This document shows, piece by piece, positions 13,675 to 24,986 of a stretch of DNA of 64,000 nucleotides. Source of the stretch: Mobula hypostoma (Eukaryota); assembly GCF_963921235.1 (NCBI RefSeq), contig NC_086097.1, positions 46,440,001 to 46,504,000 of the forward strand, in the 5' to 3' direction. Within the stretch, counting starts at the first letter, position 1. Each line of letters begins with the position of its first letter. The position numbers and the translations under genes are program-made. Below the pieces are notes generated by a model. It did no database searches, was not told the origin of the DNA, and saw nothing but the letters and a program-made list of their open reading frames with translations.

Positions 13675-15423
13675 AGTGAACTTGAATGGAGTCGGAGAAG
13701 GTAGCGGAGATACTTAACGAATACTTTGTTTCAGTATTCACTAGGGAAAAGGACCTTGGCGGTTGTGGGGATGATTTACAGTGGACTGAAACACTTGAGC
13801 ACATAGACATTAAGAAAGAGGATGTGCTGGAGCTTTTGAAAAGCATTAAGTTAGATGAATTGCCAGGACCAGATGAGATATACTCCAGGCTACTGTGGGA
13901 GCATGGGAGGAGATTGCTGAGCCTCTGGCAATGATCTTTGCATCATCAATAGGGATGGAAGAAGTACCAGAGAATTAGGGGATTGCAAATGTTATTCCCT
14001 TGTTCAAGAAAGGAGTAGAGGTAACCTAGGAAATTATAGACCGGTGAGTCTTACTTCAATAGTGTGTAAGTTCTTGGAGAAGATTCTGAAAGGCAGGATT
14101 TATGAGCATTTGGAATGACATACTCTGATTAGGGATAGGCACCATGGCTTTGTCAAGGAGAGGTGATGCCTGACGAGCCTGATTGAATTCTTTGAGGAGG
14201 TAACAAAATACATTGATGAAGGTAGAGCAGTGGATATAGTGTATAGAGATTTCAGTAAGGCATTTGATAAGGTTCCTTATGCAAGGTTCATTCAGAAAGT
14301 AAATAGGCATGGGAACCAAGGAGACCTTGCTTTGTGGATCCAGGATTGGCTTGCCCGCAGAAGGTAAAGGGTGGTTGTAGACGGTTCATATCCTGCATGG
14401 AGGATGGTGACCAGTGGTGTTCTGAGGGGATCTGTTCTGGGACTCCTCCACTTAGTGATTTTTATAAATGACCTGGATGAAGAATGAAGGGTGGGTTAGT
14501 AAGTTTGCTGATGACACAAAGGTTGGGGGTGTTGTGGATAGTGTGGAGGATTGTTAGAGATAACAGTGGAACGTCGATAGGATGCCGAATTGGGCTGAGA
14601 AGTGGCAGATGGAGTTCAACCCAGTTAAGTGTGAAGTGGTTCATTTTGGTAAGTCAAATTTGAAGACAGAGCATAACATTAATGGTAAGACTCTTGGCAG
14701 TGTGGAGGATCAGAGACATCTTGGAGTCCATGTCTATAGGATACTCAAAGCTGCCATGCAGGTTGACAGTGTTGTTAAGAAGGCATATGGTGTGATGGCC
14801 TTCATCAACAGTGGGATTGGGTTTAAGAGCCGTGAGGTAATGTTACAGTTATATAAAACCTTGGTTAGACCCCACTTGGAGTACTGTGTTCAATTATGGT
14901 CACCTCATTACAGGAAGAATGTGGATACTATAGAGGGAGTGCAGAGGAGACTTACAAGGTTGTTGCCTGGATTGGAGAGCATCCTTATGAGAATAGGTTG
15001 AGTGAACTTGGCCTTTTCTCCTTGGAGCAACAGAGGATGAAAGGTGACCTGATAGAGGTATATAAGATGATGAGAGTTATTGATCATGTGGATAGCCACA
15101 GGCATTTTCACATGGCTGAAATGGCTAACACGAGGGGGCACAGTTTTCAGGTGCTTGGAAGCAGGTATAGGGGGATGTCGGGGGTAAGTTTTTCCACACA
15201 GAGATTGGTGGGTGTGTGGAATGCACTGCCAGCAAAGGTGTTAGGGGTGGATACAATAGGGTCTTTTAAGAACATCTTAGGTAGGTACATGGAGCTTAGA
15301 AAAATAGGGGGCGATACAGTAGGGAAATTCTAGGCAGCTCTTAGACTAGGTTACCTGGTCAGCACAACATTGTGGGTTGAAGGGCCTGTAATGTGCTGTA
15401 GATTTCTATGTTCTATGTTCTAT
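13675..15423 (+). mobile_element. 5'-truncated CR1 LINE (RT and 3' end)
   Basis: ILNEYFVSVFT, DFSKAFDKV, FADDTK, WQMEFNPVKC, LVRPHLEYCVQ; tail (TTCTATG)n at about 15404-15423. Confidence 0.93.
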
Positions 15424-17109
15424 TTCAGTGACTAAAATTTCAATGCAGTTCTGCAGACAAGAAGTACATAACTAGTTTTTTCCTTTTTTTGCAAGAAGGT
15501 TGGTGATTTAATAGTAGTTACTCCTATGCCGCCCCCACATGGGAGGAGTTCACATATTGTTCAAGCAGCGTTATCAGTAATGTTCATTTGAGTATCCTGC
15601 AAGGCTGGCGTGTTGATGTGTTCTTTGCACTATCCCTAAATATAAAAAACAACACTAGTAAAATGCGGCAGGTCACAAAGCATCTGTGGAAAGAGAAGCA
15701 AAATTATCTTTTCAAGTAGAAACCTTTTCATCTGATAAAAATTCTTCATCAGATACTTTTTGAACTATTGAGTGTTTCCAGCAATTTCTGTTTTATTACA
15801 GGAATTGATAATCTAAAATGAAGACTGATAATTAATTTTAAAAAGACTTTTTAATAAAATAAAGATCTAAGAATGAGTGTTTTGATATGAGTTTCTATTA
15901 GAATACTTTGAAAGAACAAGAATAAATAGTTCCTGAATAATGATCATTTTGGAGAGCAATCAACATTAAACACTTTTTGTTAATTAAATGGCTATCAGGA
16001 AGATCCTTTGAGGTCTATTGTAGAATTTAACTGATTTTTACATTAATACAAAGTCTGTGGTTCTAAGTACTGCATTTGTTCTATTTTAAGATTCAAAGGC
16101 ACAGCTGACAAGTTATAATTGTTGGTGTTTTATGGTCTTAAATATGTGCAGTTTGAAAGCGGCGGAGACTGATTAGTATTCAAAAGATTCACATTTAAGC
16201 AGGACCTTTTAGAAAACAGGTACATCAAAGCTGCAGACACATCCATCCCATTAAATCTTTATTTATAAAAAAAATGAGAATACAAATTTAAAAAAAGAAT
16301 TAAATATGTTGAGAATGACCTGAATTTACTTTTATATAAAAAATTTTTTCCCATCTATTGGGGGTTTTAATTTTATCTATCCCTCAATGTTTAGTGTCCT
16401 AGAGTTATACGGCTATTTCATTGCACACTATTTCTAGTTTGATGTAAGATTTTGGATTGGTCCACTTACTGCAGTTTATCTCACTTCAACTAAACTGATT
16501 GACATCCTAAAATATAATCTGACCCTGATGACAGTTTTAGCCAGTGTGAATGGAGAGGGCAACTCAGCCAAGTGAAGGCCAGCTTGTGGAGGTCTGTGGT
16601 GTCTGCGTCACCACAGGAAAGATTAGATGCACTAGCCTTTCCTTCCCATCCTCCCAAGGGTGCTCAGGCAACATTTCCTTGTACTTGGCAATATTGTCTG
16701 ATCTACTTTCCTAAGTGCTGGCACATTTTCATATCAATAGAATGTGCTGTGTAGCACCAGGGAAACTTAATAATAAACTTGAGTTGTTTTTGTAAGTAAG
16801 GATGTGATGCAATGTGTGCGTTACGCTTTGATGTACCTGTTCTCTAGAAGGCCCTTTTTAAATCTGAATCTTTTGCCCACAGTCATTTCCTGACTACTTC
16901 CCAGAAAGGAAGTGGAAAGGCCCTGTGGTTAGAAATTCTGTGGCCTCTGATGCCATGTGCCAGGAGGATGGGTGGGGTGGGGTGGTATGGTGGGGGAGGG
17001 TAAGGCTTGTGGTTAGAGGCAGGAAACTAGCAGTAACTAAATGCTCCTTGTTGGAAACCAGAGAGGAAATCCACCCCTTTGAAATAAAATCATTGAACAG
17101 GCTAAATGT

Positions 17110-17305
17110 GAGTTATGCCTGTGGTACTGGGAGGCTGTGTGACCGCGAATAACACACATTAGAGATGCAGCGACGAGGAATAAAAGTGCTGCTATTTATT
17201 TTGCTTGTAAATCATTTATCCAGAATGCCCTCTCACATTGTGTCAGTATGTTCAGGGAAGCTTAACAGCAACCCGTAAGGGTTGAAAGGTATCGAATACA
17301 TAACA
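17110..17305 (-). repeat. 3' LTR of Gypsy element 2
   Basis: Shares GCTGCTATTTATTTT, CCAGAATGCCCTCTCACAT and CAACCC..AAGGGT with 23404-23811; adjacent to the PPT. Confidence 0.75.
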
Positions 17306-19564
17306 TATCCCTCCCTCCCCCTTATTTTAAAGGTTCCCCCCCATACACAGACCAGTTGCTGAAGTATTAACTTTCGATGGAGTAATCATCAAATTCAACC
17401 AACATCAAAAATCATTTTTTTCCCAAAACTAGGGAAAGAGGGAAGACTGTCTACGTTTCAGACATATGACTGGGGATTAATCTGCCCCATGTGCTGAGGG
17501 TTAGTCACCACACTAGAGGTTCAATCTGTTTGGAGGATGCCTGTTCCTGTGAGGGTACAGTGATCTGGGGATGATGTGAAGGTCATTTTATCTTTGGAGG
17601 TGTATGTATAGACCTTGGCTTGGGCACTGCTTCGTCATAAAGCACCGTGAATGGGGGAGCATTGGCTGTGTAATCTGATCTCAACAGAGCTTCTGCAGTC
17701 ATTGTCTCAGAATCCTGTCCCATTTCTACAACTGGATCTGGACTGGGCAGTGTGTGCTGGTTTTCAGTAGCCTCAGAAGTGGAAACAGCTGATCAACATG
17801 CCTTCTCCAGATGTTGTGATTGCTAGTTTTCACTGTGTACGACACAGGGCTAGTTTGTACCACCACCGTCACAGGTATCCACTTTGTTCTGGACACATAG
17901 TTCCAAGCAAGCCCTCTCTCTCTTGCTGTGAAACTTCTATACTGCTCTTTGGAACCTCTCCCTCCTTGGGTTTTCTGTTGATTTAGCACAATCTGTTTTG
18001 TGTTTGGGCTGATGTAAAGCTGTCTTCATCAGTGCAGCGGCTGGAACCATTCTGGTAATGGCATGAGGTGTGTTGCAGCATGTCAACAAGGAAGTGCTAC
18101 GATGCTGATAGAGGGATAAAGTTCCTGCTGATGTCTTGAGGGCTTGTTTCATTGTAGCAATGAATCGTTCAGCAAGGCCATTAGCAGCTGGATGTTATGG
18201 TGCTGACTTGATGTGCTGAATACCATTTGTTTCCATATATGCCTTGAACTCTTCAGACAGGAGTTGTGGGCCATTGTCATTTACAAACTGTTGAGAGAGC
18301 CCAAAACAGCTAAAGATGGAACGTAGTTCCTCAGTGCATTTTTCATATGTAGTGCCCTTCATGATGGCAACCTCAGGCCATTTGCTCTGTGTGTCCACTA
18401 TGATCAAGAATAAGTGACCTTCCTCATGTTCTGCAAAATCTATGTGAATCTTCTGCCACAGTTCTTCAGGACATTCCCATGGAAGCAAAGGAGCAAACTA
18501 AGGAATATTCTGTGAGTTACCATGTCTGCCACCGTAGATAGAATAGGGTCAGTACATGTGTGCTTTTGGACTTGTTACCAGAGTTGTAGATACTTCCTGG
18601 AAGTAGAAGGTCTCTTTCGGGGATGGCTCCGGAGCAGTAACAGCTAAGGAAATCTGGATAGTCCATCAGCATTCAAATGGTGCTCAGACCTCCTGCTGTG
18701 CTGATAGTAACAGAGCCCAACGTTGCATTTGACTAGCAGCTGGGGAAGGAATGCCCGCATGTGGACCAAAAATTGACGTCAAGGGCCGATGATCGGTCAG
18801 TACCGTAAATCATTGAACAAAGTGACGGATTTTCTTACTCCAAAGACAATAGCGAGTGCTTGCTGCTCAATCTGGGCATAGTGGCTTTCTGTCTTGCTTA
18901 ATGTCCTTGATGTGAAAGTAATTGGATGCTCTTCACCCAGCAATGTGATGTGTGAGATAACTGCATCCCCCCGACCATCCCACCCCACCCGCACCTGCCA
19001 CGCCACAGGGAGATATGTCATTGGCTAACTGTATAGGCAATGACGGGTTGAAGTGAGCGAGTGCTTCAGACTGTGACAAAGCTGCCTTGGCCTTTTTAAA
19101 AGCCTCTTGTCAGCTATTTGTCCACTGCCAGTGTGTTGATTTATTCAAAATCTCATAAAGTGGTGTCAGCATGCTAGCTAGGTTAGGAATAAACTTTGCT
19201 TGGTATATTAATAGTCCTAAGAAAGATCTTAATTGTCTTACGTGGAACCTCCATGATTGTCTTCACTTTTGATGACGCCGTGTGAAGCCCTGAGTTGTCG
19301 ATCAAATGGCCAAAATATTCAAAGGTTGAAAGAACTGACACTTGTCCTTCCAGAACTTACCCGTACTCCTTGAGTCTTCGTAGTGTAGTATCCCAGTTTT
19401 GCAGGTGCTCACACTTACTTTCCCCAGTAATGAGTAAGTTATCCAAATAGCATTGCACGCCTGTAAACCCACCCAGGATCTGGCCCATTGCTCCCTGAAA
19501 AAGAGTGGAGCTGAGGTGATGCCAAATGGAAGCCTTTGGTACCTGAGAGTCACTATGGTCAACA

Positions 19565-19985
19565 GTTCCGGTGACCCCCCGTCTGAATATCTGGAGGGGC
19601 TGCATTTCAGCCCCACGCTCCTGGTCTATGGGCACCCAGTACAGAGGGGGTGCGTTTGGGGCAAGTCCCTCGTTGGATGTCCTGGTAGGCTTGTTCAAGA
19701 TGGCCATTCATTGGTCCAGGTAGTGGGCTGTCGAGGGTTCTGCCTGAGTCGACTGCCTGCCCCCCTTCCAGGGCTACATTCCTGCCTGGATGTCCTTGAA
19801 GAGGGCGCATGCAACCTTTATGGGTAGAGTGGGACGTTTTTTGGGAATGGTGGGCCCCAAGGGAATTGAGTGCGCTGATGGTAATACTGTATTTTAATTT
19901 GAATTTGCTAACTATATTGTGACTCCTAACCTTTGGATATCTTTTGTATTTGAATAATGTTTTGCATGTTTATAAAATAAACAGT
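19565..19985 (+). mobile_element. Tx1/L1-type LINE 3' end inserted in the Gypsy RT
   Basis: Frameshifted translation LHFSPTLLVYGHPV...FKMAIHWSR...DCLP...WWAP resembles Tx1 ORF2 C-termini; AATAAA at about 19976. Confidence 0.65.
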
Positions 19986-21531
19986 TCTGTTGACATTTAA
20001 TGTCAGAGAAATGTATACAATATGCATCCTGAAATGCTTTTTCCTTTACAACCATCCACAAAAACTGAGGAGTGCCCCAAAGAATTAATGACAGTTAAAT
20101 GTTAGAACCCCAAAGTACCCCCCCCAGTTCCCCTCCCTCCTGCACGTAAGCGGCAGCAAGCAATGATCCCCCCTCCCCCCATGGCAAAAAATGCATAGGC
20201 ACCCGTCAGCGAGCACTCAAGTGTGCCGCAAAAGCAACAGTAAAGACACAGACTTGCAGTACTCCAAAGACTATGCGTGCACCCAGTATTTGACCTACCA
20301 CAGGTTCCCTCTCTCTAATAAGGGTGAAAGAGATGTCTCCCAAGCCAAGCTTGCTAAATGTCTGTCCTTTGGCTAATCCTGCAAAAAGGTCATCAATGAG
20401 GGGAAGGGGATGTTGTTCAGCTATAGGAATCAGGTTAATGGTTACCTTGAAGTCTTCACAAAGACTTAAAGACCCATCCCTTTTTAAGGACAGGAACCAC
20501 TGGAGTTGCCCAATTGCTTACACTCCCTGGTTCCAAAATGTTACTCTGGACCAGTTTTTCCCAATACAGCCTCTACCTTTGGTTCGAGAGTGTATGGAAC
20601 AGATCTTGCCTTCAGCCATTTGGGTGTTGTGCTGGGCTTAACAGGCAGATTCCTTTTATACTGCCAAGATCTCCTTTGAATACTTCTGCATGTTTCTTGT
20701 AGACCTTTTGTAGACCAGTGCTCTCACCAGTCAAGTGCACTTCGTACCAGTTGAGTTTGAGCTGCTCCTACCTCAAGTGTCCCAGGAGCAACGTACAGTG
20801 GAAGTTTCTTTCTCTGTCCATTAATATCCACTGTAACATGTACTAATCCCCTCACCGGAAAAACCTAACCAGTGTAAGTCTTTAAAGTAAACCTTGTCCC
20901 TTCTGGCCTGAGATGCTACAATTTCTCCTTATAAAATATCTCTGACACCAGTGTCTACCTGCATCCTCTCTGTTGCCCCATCCAATCACAGGGTCACCCA
21001 ATGACCATCTTTGTGTCCTGAAACAGATAAAACATACAAAGCTTCTTCAACCACAGAGTGAGAGTCACTCAGTCCATCCTCAGTATACTCCATCTTGTTT
21101 ACATGTCTCTTTTTGTTTTTCCAAAAGTCATGTTTCTTTGTTACAGTGTCTTTGGTTGACAGTGTCCTTTTAATTTTACAAGTGAGTTCAATACGTCTCT
21201 TTTTGCCACAGTTTTGGCAAACTAAATCCTTAAACCAGCATTCTTTCGCTGAATGCCCAGTTTTGCACAACTGTAACAGTGACTGCCAATAGGTGTTTTA
21301 TTCTTAAAGTCAGTAGAAACTTTATGAACTTAGGAAGATGTGCTTACTAGCTGTGCCTCTTTAGATGCCATCTCAATAGATGTACTAATCTCAATTGCCT
21401 TCTGTAATGATAGTTTGTCGTCTCAAAGCAAACGTTTCTGAATTGTCTCACTAAGCAGACCACGTACGAGTCTATCATGTTCCGTGTCATTCAGTGACTG
21501 CCCAAAATCACAGAGTTCAGTCAACAATTGT

Positions 21532-22940
21532 CATAACCTAGGCCCAGAGTGAGCTCATGGGTGGCATGGTCTAGGCCTGGAGCCTTTCCCTCTGTACACC
21601 GTGAGGAGATGTCGGGGCCTGAGCAGAGGAGATTCGTTGCCAGTGTTGTTCGTCCACCATTGTCATCAATGAAGACCTCAACATCATTATGATGATGATG
21701 GTGTCAAGACTAGCACATGATTTGGATTTAAGTGAGGGAGAGTTGCGCAGCATCAGCCTCACTCTCTCTTCCCAATTCCCATCTGGATTCAGTGGCAAGG
21801 AGATGGAACTAGGCTCAGTGGATGACCAGGACGTCTTCTGTGTCTAGTCGTGCTCTACATGTTCCACAAAGCTTGCAGAGACCGCCTTCTTGACCGTTGG
21901 ACCTTCCATTGGTCTCGTCCGCTCAATCCGCCAGAGTCTGTCTTCACATGCTGGGATAGACAACTCCCTATCTCACCAAGGGTTTGAGACCCATCAGCTA
22001 CCCTCACCTGGTTTAGCTGGCTTGTCGAAGCCGTTGCCCAGGGGTTTGGCCGCTGTCGCATGCAAACAGCTACAGGGAGCCACAGGTGAGAGCTGAGTGT
22101 CAGGTGGGGACCAAAGGTAGGCTAACTGCCTTGAAAAGAATGCGACATGTTCCCCCACCAGAGGTGCTACCCCTCCCTGACACCCCGTACACCCTGGCCT
22201 GTACAACTGGCCCAGGTGCTAGGTTGCATTGCTCTAGGCGCCAAGCCGATTTGAAGGGCTTGAGAGTGGCTTTGGGCTGAGTGGCAAAATCTGGGCCCGG
22301 AGTGAGTCACTAGGCAGCATGGTTAAGGGCCGGAGCCTTTTTCTGCAGCTAGGACCTAATGCAAAGCACAATTCGCTGTTTAGACGACTTAAACGCCGAC
22401 CCAGATCAGAGGCAAGAGCCAATTTTGCTAGCTCTCCACACTGTTCACTCCTCTCTCCAGGGTGCCAGAGCCTTTCACAGTTCCATTGTTCGGTCAGTTT
22501 AAATACCGGCCCAGATAGACTGAAAGGACAGAGTGTTCAGATCCTGGGTGAGAGCCAATTTTGCTCATTTTCCATAATGGTCACCCCTCTCTCCGTGGCG
22601 CTGAGGCTATGAATACTGCTCCAGCTGCTGTGCTTTGTGCCCAGTAATATGATGAACTGATAAGCGAGGGTTTGGGCCTAGTCCAGGCTGCTGTGAGGTT
22701 CCGATCTGAGGACTCAATTTTGGTTTGGAATGTTGTTGTTTCCTTCAATTGTTTGCATGATTTGTGTTTTTTATTCTCTTGCGCATCAGGTGTTGGTGTT
22801 TTGTTTTTGCTTTTTATTCTTTTGTCTTTAATTTATTTTTGTTTTTCTGCTTTGTGGCTACCTGTGAGCAAACAAATCACAAGGTTGTATAATTTATACA
22901 TTCTTTGATCATAAATGTACTTGAATGTTGAATTTTGAAT
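21532..22940 (+). mobile_element. Unclassified non-autonomous retroposon-like insertion in Gypsy gag; itself hosts an RTE-derived element
   Basis: Interrupts gag; GC/CpG-rich body with internal repeats (GAGCCAATTTTGCT twice) and a T-rich 3' region ending in a (TTGAA)-type tail like the local Rex1 3' UTRs. Confidence 0.5.
21644..22194 (-). mobile_element. RTE-clade-derived non-autonomous element (about 550 bp) with a candidate HDV-like ribozyme at its 5' end
   Basis: Minus strand GGGGTGTCAGGGAGGGGTAGCACC...GCTAAACCAGGTGAGGGTAGCTGATGGGTCTCAAACCC resembles RTE 5' UTRs; 3' end has (ATC)n and ..GGACGAACAAC; no ORF. Confidence 0.6.
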
Positions 22941-23403
22941 AATGGTCCTTTAAGACTGGTATTGCTTATTGGGCTTGTCGCCAGGTTTAGCAGGTTGCTC
23001 TAGACTGTGTAATAAATTAAACGTTTTTGCACCCATCACAGTCAGAACAGTTGGAACAAGAAGATCATACAAAATTTGACTTGCCAGTGCAAAATAGTCA
23101 AAAATTTCAGTATATGAAATCTATTGCTCAGTCATTTTGTCATATGGACCCAAACTTCCAAACATTGTCCCCATTTTCAAACACAATCACATTCCAGAAG
23201 AGTTAACTATCTATCTGTCTCCCTCACCCACTTGTTTTACTTAACCATCTCTCCCCTCGGATTCTTCACTCACCACACTTCCTGTAGCCGTTTTCACACG
23301 GCGTGCAGCACCCTTTATTTGCCTACCACACTACACTGTGGTGCACACAGACTTTCCTTGTTGAAGGGAATAAAACAGCGAGGACTTGTCACCTCGTCGC
23401 TCG

Positions 23404-23811
23404 TTGATACGTTTGTGATGCAGGGAAGCCCGGCGGCCATGAATACCACACACACGAGTGTTGTGTCTGTACAACTACATATCAATTAAATAGAAGCACG
23501 CATGCGGGAGATGACTTTAACACTGTATTCACATTGCAGCGAGAGAGAGAGAGAGAGAGCAGATCAATGTACATGGGCAGACAATAGATCAATGCGCATA
23601 GGTAAGTTATCGGTCCATCAGTAGTGCTAAGGGGAGCCATTGCTCTAAAAGAAATAGATCCATACATTACATTGAGAAACAAACAAGCTGCTATTTATTT
23701 TACTTACAACTCATCTACCCAGAATGCCCTCTCACATGGTGTTCAATATGTAACACACAGGAAAGCCTGACACCAACCCACAAGGGTCAAAATATACATG
23801 ATTACATAGCA
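23404..23811 (-). repeat. 5' LTR of Gypsy element 2, containing a foreign solo-LTR-like insert (23459-23671)
   Basis: Matches 17110-17305 on both sides of a 213-bp insert bounded by TGTTGTGT...ACATTACA; adjacent to the PBS-like motif. Confidence 0.7.
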
Positions 23812-24935
23812 CGGTGCTTGTGGTAATTCAAAGTACTGGGAAAAAAATAAAAGTTGATAATGATTTCCCTAACATTTTCTTTTGAAACAAGATGGTATGT
23901 CTTGATGGGATATTCAGCCTCAAAAGGTTTTATGACAATGGACATAACACCTGCTACACAATCACTGAGAGGGTCTGTCTGAGTTACCTGGATATCCTAT
24001 GAAGATATTAAAGGTTGTTTCATAAACTTCAATAATCTGGATTGGTATTGGTTTATTATTGTCACAAGTACCAAGAAACTGAAAAGCTTGTCTTACAAAT
24101 TGTTCGTACAGATCAAATAATTACAGAATGCAATGAGGTAGAACAAGATAATACAATAACAACAACAATACAAAATAAAATGTAACAGCTACAGAGAAAG
24201 TGCAGGTAAACAGTAAAGAGCAAGATCATAATGAGATAGATAAATTGGATCACTATAATTTATCAAGATGAAGTGAACATAGGTGTTGCAGTACTTTAAG
24301 TTCATTGACACTTTGAAGCACACAGAAAAAGAAAATAAATATCAAATTAAAAAATCTTTTTGCCAATCAATGAAAAGGGAATTCCCATTTTTAAACAATG
24401 AAACACCATTATTACCTTTTGCTTACATTCCACGAATCAACTTTCCCTTTTAAAGTATTAGATGAGGATGTATTTCAGCTGGGGGAATTGATTAGGAGAC
24501 CAGTTACACACCATCTTCTGCCTGAAGCCTTGTGGGGTTTTATTTACGTTCCTTCTGGTGTCGTGCAGCCCACCCAATTGTTAAAGTGCATGCACCTTTT
24601 AAAGTGGCAGGTCACTTCAGTTCTTTTATAATTTTGCTAATATTTGGGGCATTGTACTAGAATATTTCTCAGTCTGGGCATCAGGATCTTGAGGTGCAGC
24701 TTCAGAATTTGAAGACACTCGGCAGGTTCTTTTCCTCCCAGATGTCTTTGGCTGGGCATGTGTTCAATATCACAGGGTCTTCAGTGACCTTCCCTAGATA
24801 GCAAGGATGACCTTGATATCACGCATCTCTACAGCGGGTCTCAGCACAGCACTAACCAACTGTGCCCCTCTAGGCTGTCTCACATGCTCCCTCTACAGTT
24901 AAAAGTGGACACTGCACCACAGCACCTTTTCAAAC

Positions 24936-24937
<2 letters not shown>

Positions 24938-24983
<46 letters not shown>
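24938..24983. repeat. (CA)n microsatellite
   Basis: Direct reading of the sequence. Confidence 0.97.

Positions 24984-24986
<3 letters not shown>

Larger units (their letters stand above)
6752..15654 (+). mobile_element. Degenerate Gypsy (Ty3) LTR retrotransposon 1, 5'-truncated and split by two CR1 insertions
   Basis: Zn-knuckle remnants CRRYGKSPFH/QCNRVGHY (about 6752-6850); protease FKMDTGADV (about 6990-7020); RT ICVDLTKLN, FTKPDANSGLWQI, RLPFGISSA, HIDDILI (11045-11600); RNase H TDTSSFGLGGVL..YAQIEKE.LAL (11958-12230); integrase VDYYS, DNGPQF, NGGVERAVQTVK (12850-13170); purine tract at about 15493-15506 then a candidate 3' LTR ending ...AAAAAACAACA. Many stops and frameshifts. Confidence 0.85.
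17110..23811 (-). mobile_element. Degenerate Gypsy LTR retrotransposon 2 with both LTRs, heavily invaded by later insertions
   Basis: Gag pieces at 21300-21530 and 22940-23170; Zn knuckles CKTGHSAKEC/CQNCGKK (ORF 20986..21270); protease MQVDTG at about 20950; RT YQRLPFGITSAP and CYLDNLLITG (19302-19545); RNase H (18797-19021); integrase IHIDFA..SKWPEV..DNGPQ (17726-18488); PPT (+ strand CCCTCCCTCCCC at about 17309-17320); PBS-like CCTCGTCGC at about 23392-23400. Confidence 0.9.
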
